Positions 16,495-24,000 of a DNA stretch of 24,000 bases are shown piece by piece (positions within the stretch are counted from its first letter, which is position 1; each line of letters opens with the position of its first letter). The notes under the pieces are model-generated. The model saw only the letters and a program-made list of their open reading frames with translations, did no database searches and was not told the origin of the DNA. The DNA is from Emergencia sp. (GTDB lineage Bacteria > Bacillota > Clostridia > Peptostreptococcales > Anaerovoracaceae): contig JAXKAR010000015.1 in NCBI GenBank assembly GCA_036305845.1, positions 9,674-33,673 on the forward strand. Direction: 5' to 3'. Made by a program: the position numbers and the translations under genes.

Positions 16495-18000
16495 TTACGC
16501 AGCAGCTTTTTCTTCCTTGGTCTTCAGTCTTACCTTTGGTTCCTTTGGCAGTCCGAACAGAGGAATGAATCTGTCTGCGCCGGTGAAGGTCAGAAGCAGC
16601 ATGGAAGCAACTGCAATCATAGCCATGAAGTTGTACTTGATGAAGTCTGTGTTTGCGAAGTCGAACAGCGGATATACGTTGGCTGCGATACCTACATAGA
16701 AACCCAGATATACGTGCCATGGAATCAGCTGGGAACCGAATACGCCCATTGCATCTCCGAAAGTTGCGTTTCTCAGCTTAATCTTGTACATGTCTTCTTC
16801 TGTTTCAGCTACGATGTTTTCTTCTGCGATACCCTTGATGATTGGGCCAACAGTTACGATCTGTGCCATTTCGTCAGACAGAATGGCATTACCGGCAAGG
16901 CAGAGAACGCCGTTGCAGGTCATCAGCTGTCTTACGTTTCTGGAAATCTTGACGATCAGGTTTGCCAGCGGGTCAAAGGCCTTCATTGCGCCCATGATGC
17001 CGCCGAATGCAGCAACCCACATCATCATAACGACTACCCAGGATCCTGCGTCAGCAAAACCTGCCATACACATATCCAGGTATTCCTGCAGTCCGCCGGC
17101 TGCGAAGGAAGTTGTTCCTGCAAACAGTCCCAGGATATAAGCGGAAACGATACCGCTGCCGATGCAGGCAAAGGTGTTTACGCCAAGAACTGCTAAAACG
17201 ATAACCAGAATCAGCGGAATAATCATGTAAACAGCAACGCCGTGCTGTACCTGGTTCAGCAGATCGATAGCTTCCGGTCTTTCGCCTGCCAGATAGTCCA
17301 GCGCACTTTGCGGTACGGAATCCATAACGTTGGTTGCAACAACGGATTCACCAGGCAGATCCATAAGGATACCTGCAACGAAGAATGCAATTGCAGCCAG
17401 AATCAGACAGAGAACGGACCAAACGCCCTGACTTCTAATTCTGTCAACAACTTCTACGCCCTGAATACCGGAGGATACGATGGTGGTATCGGAAATCAGA
17501 CCGATATTGTCACCGAAGCATGCGCCGCCGGCGATTGCGCAGGTAGTCAGAAGCAGGCTTCCGGTTTCGATACAGTTCGGGTCAACGATATGTACTAACC
17601 ACAGGAAAATCGGTGCGCATGCAGCGAAGGTTCCCCAGGAAGTACCGGTTGCTACGGACAGAACAGCAGTTACACACAGACCGATAACGGCTGTAGTCTT
17701 TGCTGTTACGCCCAGAGACAGTGCGATGTTTACAACGGAAGCGCCTACGCCAGTAGACATGAATGCGCTTGCCATTGCATAGGCAAACATCAGGATGAAC
17801 AAGGCCACGATAATGTTGCTTACGCTGCTAATGGATGCATCAATACATTCTTTAAATGTAAGCTTTTCGGTAATTTTTGCTACCACTACGGCTACACAGG
17901 CAGCGATAGGCGCAGCAAGCAGTGCGTCTTGTCCGGTCATCATCAAGCCTGCCAGTACGATGATTGGCACGAACTTGAATGCGGCTTTTAGAAAATTCAT
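16495..18000 (-). CDS. NhaC-family Na+/H+ antiporter or amino-acid transporter (candidate lysine/amino-acid permease)
   Basis: 501 aa, polytopic. 'LSVATGTSWGTFAACAPIFL', 'ACFGDNIGLISDTTIVSSGIQGVEVVDRI'. SD AAGGAG upstream of the ATG on the minus strand. Confidence 0.88.
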   Translation of the reverse strand: MNFLKAAFKFVPIIVLAGLMMTGQDALLAAPIAACVAVVVAKITEKLTFKECIDASISSVSNIIVALFILMFAYAMASAFMSTGVGASVVNIALSLGVTAKTTAVIGLCVTAVLSVATGTSWGTFAACAPIFLWLVHIVDPNCIETGSLLLTTCAIAGGACFGDNIGLISDTTIVSSGIQGVEVVDRIRSQGVWSVLCLILAAIAFFVAGILMDLPGESVVATNVMDSVPQSALDYLAGERPEAIDLLNQVQHGVAVYMIIPLILVIVLAVLGVNTFACIGSGIVSAYILGLFAGTTSFAAGGLQEYLDMCMAGFADAGSWVVVMMMWVAAFGGIMGAMKAFDPLANLIVKISRNVRQLMTCNGVLCLAGNAILSDEMAQIVTVGPIIKGIAEENIVAETEEDMYKIKLRNATFGDAMGVFGSQLIPWHVYLGFYVGIAANVYPLFDFANTDFIKYNFMAMIAVASMLLLTFTGADRFIPLFGLPKEPKVRLKTKEEKAAA

Positions 18001-18062
18001 TTTTCTTTCTCCTTTACTTAATTGATGATAATTGCTTGGAAATAAAATCCGTAACTATATAA

Positions 18063-18078
18063 AGCAAGCACCGTGCCA
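18063..18078 (-). promoter_or_regulatory. Sigma-54 (-24/-12) promoter driving the NhaC-family gene
   Basis: Minus strand TGGCACG-GTGC-TTGCT, exact match to the TGGCACG-N4-TTGCW consensus, about 50 nt upstream of the transporter start after the predicted TSS. Confidence 0.93.
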
Positions 18079-18213
18079 ACTTTGAAAAAAATTTAACAAA
18101 CAAGATAAATAGCGGTAGATGAGCGAAAAATGGGGAATCCGGACAGTGTGAATGAAAGTTGGGATTGAGAAACTCGACATAGATGAACCGAATTTGGTAA
18201 AAGATTGTCAAAC

Positions 18214-18233
18214 TTGTCCCGAAAATGGGTCAA
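18214..18233. promoter_or_regulatory. Candidate enhancer/UAS dyad for the divergent sigma-54 activator
   Basis: TTGTCCC-N6-GGGTCAA (6/7 symmetric), nested in TGTCAA (18206-18211) / TTGACA (18239-18244), about 140-150 bp upstream of the -24/-12 element. Confidence 0.45.
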
Positions 18234-18238
18234 AACTA

Positions 18239-18267
18239 TTGACATTTACGCGCTGTAGGAATAGGAT
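18239..18267 (+). promoter_or_regulatory. Putative sigma-A promoter of the sigma-54 activator gene
   Basis: TTGACA-N17-TAGGAT, upstream of SD TAGGAG and ATG 18313. Confidence 0.6.
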
Positions 18268-18312
18268 GAAAATAAGATGGATTTTAGATGGTTAAGTGAT
18301 TAGGAGAAACCA

Positions 18313-20394
18313 ATGAAGAAATATTATGGTCTGGATAGAGTGCTGGAGCCTAAGGGCATGGTGCCTGCAACAGCATGGAAACTGGATAATGGCAAGAACC
18401 TGGGACCAAAAGAAGTCAGAATTTGTTTGGAGCGCATTCACCTTGAATGGGGGAACTTCCAACAGATTTGTTCCAGCTGTGGTTTTGACGAGGCAAAGAT
18501 GCGGGTTAAAATTATGGATATCATCGAAAAACGGGGAAAACTGCATAATCCGTTTACTGGTTCGGGCGGAGTTCTCATCGGAACAATTGATGAAATACCT
18601 GAGGCGAGCAGAGAAGGGCATGAGCTAAAGGAAGGCGATCGGATTTACTGTATCACTTCACTGAGCTGTATCCCTATATATATAGAAGACATTTTTGAAA
18701 TTGATTTTAACTACGGGCAGATTGTCTGTTCTGGTTATGCGATTCTCTTTGAAGCTTCTCCGGTGTATAGGATGGAAAAAGGGATGCAGCACAACTATAC
18801 TCTGGCAGCCATCGACGAGGCGGGAAGCCTTTTCGGCGCTTACAACATTGCGGTAGAGCATAAGAATCAGAATATTATTGTCATCGGGCGAAAAACTTAT
18901 ACGGTGGCCATGTATGCAGAAGCAGTGAGAGAGGCTACAGGCGCTTCCACCGAGGTGATTGCCATTATGGACAAACATGCTAAAGAAATTCTGACCCAGG
19001 AAGAAATTGAGAAAGCGCTGTCTCCACTGGTGAAAGCGACTTACTTTGTGGATTTAACTGATCCGGTCAATGCGTTCCATGGACTTCTTGCGCAGAATTC
19101 CAAATTGACTATGGCAGATCAGGTTATCGTGGCAGAAAATATTTTTGGTTCAGAGACCCTGGCCGTTATGCTGGTCAAATCCTTTGGTGACCTATATTTT
19201 ACGGCGGTGGAAAATCACTATTCAGAAGCACAGCTGGTGGCCGAATCTATGGGGAAAATTGTGACGATGTATGCTTTCGACCAGTACGTGAAAGACTATC
19301 CTGAGTTTACTATTCGGATCGTCAAAAGTATCAAACCGATACTGGATACGATCAATCATCTGTATATAGAACGAGAAAAGCAGTGGAGGAGAAACGAAAA
19401 TCGGGAAAAGAGTATGATCATAGAAAATGCCGGTAAACTGGATAATTTTGTTTATCAGAGTCAGGTAACCCGAAGTATGGTGGATGAGGTATTGAATATT
19501 GCCAAGTATGACTGTAATGTAATCATACAGGGAGAAACCGGCGTAGGGAAAGAGCGTGTGCTGTCCTTGATTCATCAGAACAGTGAACGATGTGGAAACC
19601 CTTGTATCAAAATAAACTGCGCAACTATTGCAGAAAGTTTGGCCGAATCTGAGTTTTTCGGATATGAAGCAGGCGCATTTACCGGTGCGCAGACAGCCGG
19701 AAAACCGGGATATTTTGAAATGGCCAATAAGGGAATTCTGTTTTTGGATGAAATCGGTACGCTCTCTATGAATATGCAGTCGAAGCTTTTACGGGTGCTG
19801 CAGGAAAATCAGTTCTATCGAGTTGGTGGAACCCATCAGGTATCCGTCAACGTGCGAGTTATCGTAGCGAACAATATTCCACTGAAGGAGCTTGTTGATG
19901 CAGGCAAATTCAGAGAAGACCTTTACTACAGATTGAATATCTGCAAAATTGATGTGCCGCCGCTGCGTGAGAGAAGAGCGGATATCCTTTGCCTGGCTAC
20001 TACTTTTGCGGCAAACTGGGCTAAAAAATACAACATCAGCAAGGAACTGTCTCAGGAAGCATTGGATAGTCTATATGATTATTATTGGCCGGGGAATGTG
20101 CGAGAACTGGAGAATGTGATTCACAGGCTGGTCATCAGCAGTAAGGATGTGGTTATTGGGAAAGAGGATGTGGATGAAATTCTGGGAGAAAATGACTACG
20201 ATAACAAGCTGCTCAATATGAAGAAGCATTTCGACCGTAATGAAAATCTGGATTTCCATCAGCTTATGGATCAGCAAGAAAAACTGATTATCGAATATGC
20301 ACTGAAACAGGAAGGGACTACCAGAAAGGCAGCGGATTTGTTAGGGCTGCCACAGACGACTTTTGCCAGAAAGAAGTTAAAGTACGGGTTATAA
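18313..20394 (+). CDS. Sigma-54-dependent transcriptional activator with N-terminal L-erythro-3,5-diaminohexanoate dehydrogenase (Kdd)-like domain
   Basis: 693 aa. N-term 'YGLDRVLEPKGMVPATAWKLDN...KRGKLHNPFTGSGGVLIGTIDEI...LKEGDRIYCITSLSCIPI...GYAILFE' resembles Kdd. Central AAA+ with 'GETGVGKE', sigma-54 contact 'GAFTGA', 'ILFLDEIG', 'FREDLYYRLNI', 'YWPGNVRELENV'. C-terminal Fis-type HTH 'TTRKAADLLGLPQTTFARKKLKYGL'. Confidence 0.93.
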   Translation: MKKYYGLDRVLEPKGMVPATAWKLDNGKNLGPKEVRICLERIHLEWGNFQQICSSCGFDEAKMRVKIMDIIEKRGKLHNPFTGSGGVLIGTIDEIPEASREGHELKEGDRIYCITSLSCIPIYIEDIFEIDFNYGQIVCSGYAILFEASPVYRMEKGMQHNYTLAAIDEAGSLFGAYNIAVEHKNQNIIVIGRKTYTVAMYAEAVREATGASTEVIAIMDKHAKEILTQEEIEKALSPLVKATYFVDLTDPVNAFHGLLAQNSKLTMADQVIVAENIFGSETLAVMLVKSFGDLYFTAVENHYSEAQLVAESMGKIVTMYAFDQYVKDYPEFTIRIVKSIKPILDTINHLYIEREKQWRRNENREKSMIIENAGKLDNFVYQSQVTRSMVDEVLNIAKYDCNVIIQGETGVGKERVLSLIHQNSERCGNPCIKINCATIAESLAESEFFGYEAGAFTGAQTAGKPGYFEMANKGILFLDEIGTLSMNMQSKLLRVLQENQFYRVGGTHQVSVNVRVIVANNIPLKELVDAGKFREDLYYRLNICKIDVPPLRERRADILCLATTFAANWAKKYNISKELSQEALDSLYDYYWPGNVRELENVIHRLVISSKDVVIGKEDVDEILGENDYDNKLLNMKKHFDRNENLDFHQLMDQQEKLIIEYALKQEGTTRKAADLLGLPQTTFARKKLKYGL

Positions 20395-20409
20395 ATGAGG
20401 AACAGTAAG

Positions 20410-23400
20410 ATGCAAGTGTATGAGGAGTTAAGGAATGCCCTGAAGGATAAAGGGTTTCTGAAAGAAATCGGAAAAACGCAGTCTCAGGTGGACACGGAGC
20501 TGATGCAGAATAACGGAAAAGCTTTTAGCCGGGCTCTCTGCGAAAGAGTGGGAGAGGGCGGCAGATTTTCCGTGCAGGATGTAGTGGAAACGGCCAAAGG
20601 ATGGATAAATCTTTTTTTGGATGAACCGGAAAACGGATGGGCAAATCACTGTTACCATTATATTCTGGGACAGATTTTTCCTGAAAAAGGACTGCCGGCA
20701 GATGCGGAAAACTATCGGCAGGGCAGACAGCTTTTACTGCAGATCCTCAGAGGAATTTATGCCTATGAGGCTAAATATCTGCCTTTTGATCCTACCAAAA
20801 ACCTGCAGCTTTTAAGTGACAAGGAGATACTTGAGGGAGGATTTACCCATGAGTATATAAAACTTCATAAATTAGTCAAGCAAAAATATATCTATGAGTT
20901 CATGCGCATAGGTGCGGATATTACGCCGTTTAATACCCTTGGGCATATTGGCGGAGTGCATTATGTAGCGCTGTATATGGCCAGACAGATGGCTGAAGCA
21001 GGGATACCTGTGGACCTGGGACTGGTTTCCGGTGCTGCAGCAGGACATGATATCGGCAAGTATGGCTGTAGAAAAAGTGAAGAGCGGCGGATTCCCTATC
21101 TGCACTATTACTATACGGATATTTGTTACAGCAGATTTGAGATGCCGAACATCGGTCATATTGCAGCAAACCATTCAACATGGGATTTGGAACTTGAGAA
21201 TCTGTCTGCAGAGTCGCTGCTTTTAATCTATGCGGATTTTCGTGTAAAAAGTGCACGTAACGAAATCGGTGAGGAAATCGTTCATTTTTATAGTCTTGAC
21301 GATGCATATCATGTGATTTTGGAGAAGCTGGACAATGTGGATGAGGTTAAACGGCTGCGTTACCAGAAAGTATATAATAAGCTGAAAGACTTTGAATCCT
21401 ACATGAAAGAAAACGGGGTGCAGACTTGTTTGCCGGCAGATTATAGCCAGAAACCGGAAAAGGCGGGAAAAAAGATTCAACGTGAACTTGTGCTGCTCAG
21501 CGGTCAGGATGTGGTTGATCAGTTGAAGTTCAGCGCTGTGGATCATAATATTCGTCTGATGAGTCGTTTTCACAGTGAGAGTGAATTCGGCAGTCTGATT
21601 GAGGCTGCGCGCAGCGAGCGTCAGTGGAAAAATCTGCGTACCTATATCAGCATCTTTGGTGAGTATTCTACTTACATGACAGAGAAACAGAAATTGCTGA
21701 CATTGAAGTTTCTTTACGAACTTTTGGCACATAAAGAAAGTGATATCAGAAACCAGGCAGCGCTGATTATGGGACAGATGATTGCCGGATTCAGCGATGA
21801 ATACAAAAAAGAGGTGCCTGAAGGAACCATGGTGCCGGATCGGATAGTAAATAATCTTACATTATGGGAACAATACCTGGATAAAATTATCATACCGGAT
21901 CACAAAATGACGGAGCAGCACCGAAAGTGGATCTCCAATTGTCTGGATAGAGTAGCAAAAGCCGTCCTTAATCAGTGTAAGGTTTCCTGCAGATACCGAT
22001 ATTTTGATATATTACAAAATTATTATCGAGAAGAAAAGATGTCTAAAGAAACAGTAATGGTTCTTTTGGATACGGCTTGTGTAATTTCGCCGGAAATCTG
22101 TACCAGTGAGTTTTTGCAGAGATTAGGTGCATTTTTGGCTGCTCAACATGGATGTTATGACAAGAGTATTGATATCGCTGTGCTGAAAACGGCCCACCAT
22201 TTTTTTCCGGGTTACAGTGACGACGATTATCGCAAAGATTTGCGAGAAGTCATGGGAATTTCAGGTGATGATACTGTCTTTGATGATAATCTGTCAGTTA
22301 TGTTTTTGGATAATCTGAAGACCGGAACCCCATGGATTCAGAAGGTGACAAATATTGCTTTTATGCTTGATTATGTGGCAGAAGGCAGTGATAAGGGCAA
22401 GATGCTTCATGTGGCAACCCACTTGGCCAATTTGCTGAAGGTCAGTGAGACGTTGACCGTTCGCCGAGCAGCGGGAGAAGGGCTGCTGGAGATTATTGGA
22501 CACATGCCGATGGAGCAGCGAAACGAACTGACGGTGGAACTGTTTAATGGTTTGGAGTTGGGAGACTATCAGTTTTCGAAATATGTACCCGACTATCTTG
22601 GTCTTGTCATGCTATATCTGCCGACTAAGGAGTTGGACGAGTCCGTAGACGAGCTGCAGAAAGTTTTGGAAACCGGAAATGAAAAAGCGGCTACTTCAGT
22701 TATCAATACGCTGGGGGTTATGGTAGAGCATTACGGGCAATATAAAGTAAGATTTTCTGAAGACCCGGCAATTACAGAAAAACGGCGTTTTCGTCTGCTG
22801 AATATGATTCTCAAAGCCTTTGCCAATTTTAATCCGATAGTTTCTCAGGAAGCATTTTGGACGTTGGGTGTACATCTTTTCGGCAGTGAAACCCTTTCCT
22901 TTGAGGAAAAGACAGAGCTGTTTCGTCATTGTTATAAAAAAGTCATGTCTTTACTGCTTGAGAAAAAAGAGGAAGACCTGGACTTTTACAATCATGCGGC
23001 AGTACTCAACCATATTTATCGTTACATTGCAAGATATCAGGTGGAAGAAGGTAATTTTGATCTGAAACCGGTTAAAAAAGTAGCGTTCTTCCCGGGAACG
23101 TTTGATCCGTTCAGTTTGGGTCACAAGGCGGTGGCTACGACCATAAGAAACATGGGATTCGAAGTCTATCTGGCTTTGGATGAGTTTTCCTGGTCAAAGA
23201 ATACCCAGCCTCGACTGCAGCGAAGAAAGATTATGACAATGTCCATCGCAGATGAGGACAACATTTTTGTCTTCCCGGAAGATATTCCGGTCAATATCGC
23301 CAATCCGGCAGATATCCGGCGATTGAAAGAAATTTTTAAGGGAAAAGAACTGTATATTGCCGTAGGAACAGATGTTATCAAAAATGCCTCTTGTTATAAG

Positions 23401-24000
23401 GCTCTGCCCGAAGAAGATTCTATCCATACCCTAAATCATATCGCCTTTGCCAGAGAGTCTAATGAACAGACTGCTTCTGCCGAAAAAGGATATCCGATTA
23501 CTGCACACGTGATTCACCTTACGCTGAAAAAATACTATGAGGATATCAGCTCAACTAAGATCAGAGAAAATATTGATTTGAACAGGGATATTTCTAACCT
23601 TATTGATACGGTTGCCCAGAATTACATTTATGACAGAAACTTGTATTTGCGGGAACCGGCGTACAAGCACATTTTACAGGCAAGGGAAATCAGTATCAGC
23701 CCTTATCGGCACAGGAATTTGGATGAAATGGACGGCATAGAGGAGGAAATGCTGGAGAGGGGCTATGATGTGGAAAAAGTACGCAAGTATCTTGAACGGG
23801 AAGGTGTGAGAAACTTATATGTGGAAAGCGGTATGCGTCACCGGCGTATCAATGCCTTTGCAGCTGCGCACCGTGTAGAAACCGGACAGCTTCTTGCAGA
23901 ATTTGAAGAACCTGCCGTTGCAGCACATATACGTGAAAATGCTTCCGGCAGTATTGCGGTTATCGGCGCATTGTTTACGGCGAAAGGCAAAAGTATTTCC
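20410..24000 (+). CDS. Large multidomain protein, partial at window edge: HD hydrolase-like region, long helical/HEAT-like middle, NadD-type nucleotidyltransferase
   Basis: Manual translation from ATG 20410 is open to the last base (1197 codons, no stop); not in the ORF track. 'SGAAAGHDIGKYGC...IGHIAANHSTWDLE' (HD-type metal motifs); 'KKVAFFPGTFDPFSLGHKAV' (T/H-x-G-H) and 'YEDISSTKIRENI' (ISSTxIR) of NadD-type enzymes. Confidence 0.87.
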   Translation, partial: MQVYEELRNALKDKGFLKEIGKTQSQVDTELMQNNGKAFSRALCERVGEGGRFSVQDVVETAKGWINLFLDEPENGWANHCYHYILGQIFPEKGLPADAENYRQGRQLLLQILRGIYAYEAKYLPFDPTKNLQLLSDKEILEGGFTHEYIKLHKLVKQKYIYEFMRIGADITPFNTLGHIGGVHYVALYMARQMAEAGIPVDLGLVSGAAAGHDIGKYGCRKSEERRIPYLHYYYTDICYSRFEMPNIGHIAANHSTWDLELENLSAESLLLIYADFRVKSARNEIGEEIVHFYSLDDAYHVILEKLDNVDEVKRLRYQKVYNKLKDFESYMKENGVQTCLPADYSQKPEKAGKKIQRELVLLSGQDVVDQLKFSAVDHNIRLMSRFHSESEFGSLIEAARSERQWKNLRTYISIFGEYSTYMTEKQKLLTLKFLYELLAHKESDIRNQAALIMGQMIAGFSDEYKKEVPEGTMVPDRIVNNLTLWEQYLDKIIIPDHKMTEQHRKWISNCLDRVAKAVLNQCKVSCRYRYFDILQNYYREEKMSKETVMVLLDTACVISPEICTSEFLQRLGAFLAAQHGCYDKSIDIAVLKTAHHFFPGYSDDDYRKDLREVMGISGDDTVFDDNLSVMFLDNLKTGTPWIQKVTNIAFMLDYVAEGSDKGKMLHVATHLANLLKVSETLTVRRAAGEGLLEIIGHMPMEQRNELTVELFNGLELGDYQFSKYVPDYLGLVMLYLPTKELDESVDELQKVLETGNEKAATSVINTLGVMVEHYGQYKVRFSEDPAITEKRRFRLLNMILKAFANFNPIVSQEAFWTLGVHLFGSETLSFEEKTELFRHCYKKVMSLLLEKKEEDLDFYNHAAVLNHIYRYIARYQVEEGNFDLKPVKKVAFFPGTFDPFSLGHKAVATTIRNMGFEVYLALDEFSWSKNTQPRLQRRKIMTMSIADEDNIFVFPEDIPVNIANPADIRRLKEIFKGKELYIAVGTDVIKNASCYKALPEEDSIHTLNHIAFARESNEQTASAEKGYPITAHVIHLTLKKYYEDISSTKIRENIDLNRDISNLIDTVAQNYIYDRNLYLREPAYKHILQAREISISPYRHRNLDEMDGIEEEMLERGYDVEKVRKYLEREGVRNLYVESGMRHRRINAFAAAHRVETGQLLAEFEEPAVAAHIRENASGSIAVIGALFTAKGKSIS

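Noticed and set aside
16489-17782. Plus-strand ORFs antisense to the NhaC-family gene (16487-16699, 16489-17196, 16784-17140, 17242-17598, 17480-17782)
   Set aside because: Translations are mirror artefacts of a membrane-protein gene; the minus strand has SD, promoter and family motifs.
18280-24000. Antisense ORFs within the sigma-54 activator and the HD/nucleotidyltransferase gene (e.g. 18658-18978, 19222-19575, 20930-21307, 21223-21732)
   Set aside because: Conserved catalytic motifs on the plus strand establish the coding frame; antisense ORFs lack them.
1-24000. CRISPR arrays, transposases, toxin-antitoxin pairs or classic anti-phage systems
   Set aside because: Looked for regularly spaced direct repeats, transposase motifs and small paired ORFs; none seen beyond the phage-like small ORFs at the left edge. 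The macrodomain gene alone is not sufficient to call a DarTG-type system.

Overview
This is a Clostridia-like chromosomal window. Left to right it contains: (i) a short block of small phage/ICE-like ORFs (5-698) facing the 3' end of a minus-strand tRNA-Arg(ACG) with a consensus promoter; (ii) a LytR-CpsA-Psr family gene; (iii) a redox operon of RnfB-like polyferredoxin, pyruvate:ferredoxin oxidoreductase, NfnA-like and NfnB-like subunits; (iv) two tandem class-I glutamine-amidotransferase (PuuD/peptidase C26-like) paralogs coupled to a macrodomain protein; (v) a pstSCAB-phoU operon whose PstS halves appear in circularly permuted order, preceded by Pho-box-like repeats; (vi) an NhaC-family transporter on the minus strand with a textbook sigma-54 promoter (TGGCACG-N4-TTGCT). 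Divergent from it is a sigma-54 activator whose N-terminal sensor region resembles L-erythro-3,5-diaminohexanoate dehydrogenase (lysine fermentation), but with the glycine-rich nucleotide-binding loop apparently lost; (vii) directly downstream, a giant ORF (20410 to beyond 24000, absent from the supplied ORF track) that combines an HD hydrolase-like region, a long helical middle and a NadD-like nucleotidyltransferase. The best candidates for something not well described are the enzyme-derived sigma-54 sensor circuit (18.0-20.4 kb) and the HD/nucleotidyltransferase fusion downstream. All family calls come from motif recognition by eye; no database search was run.
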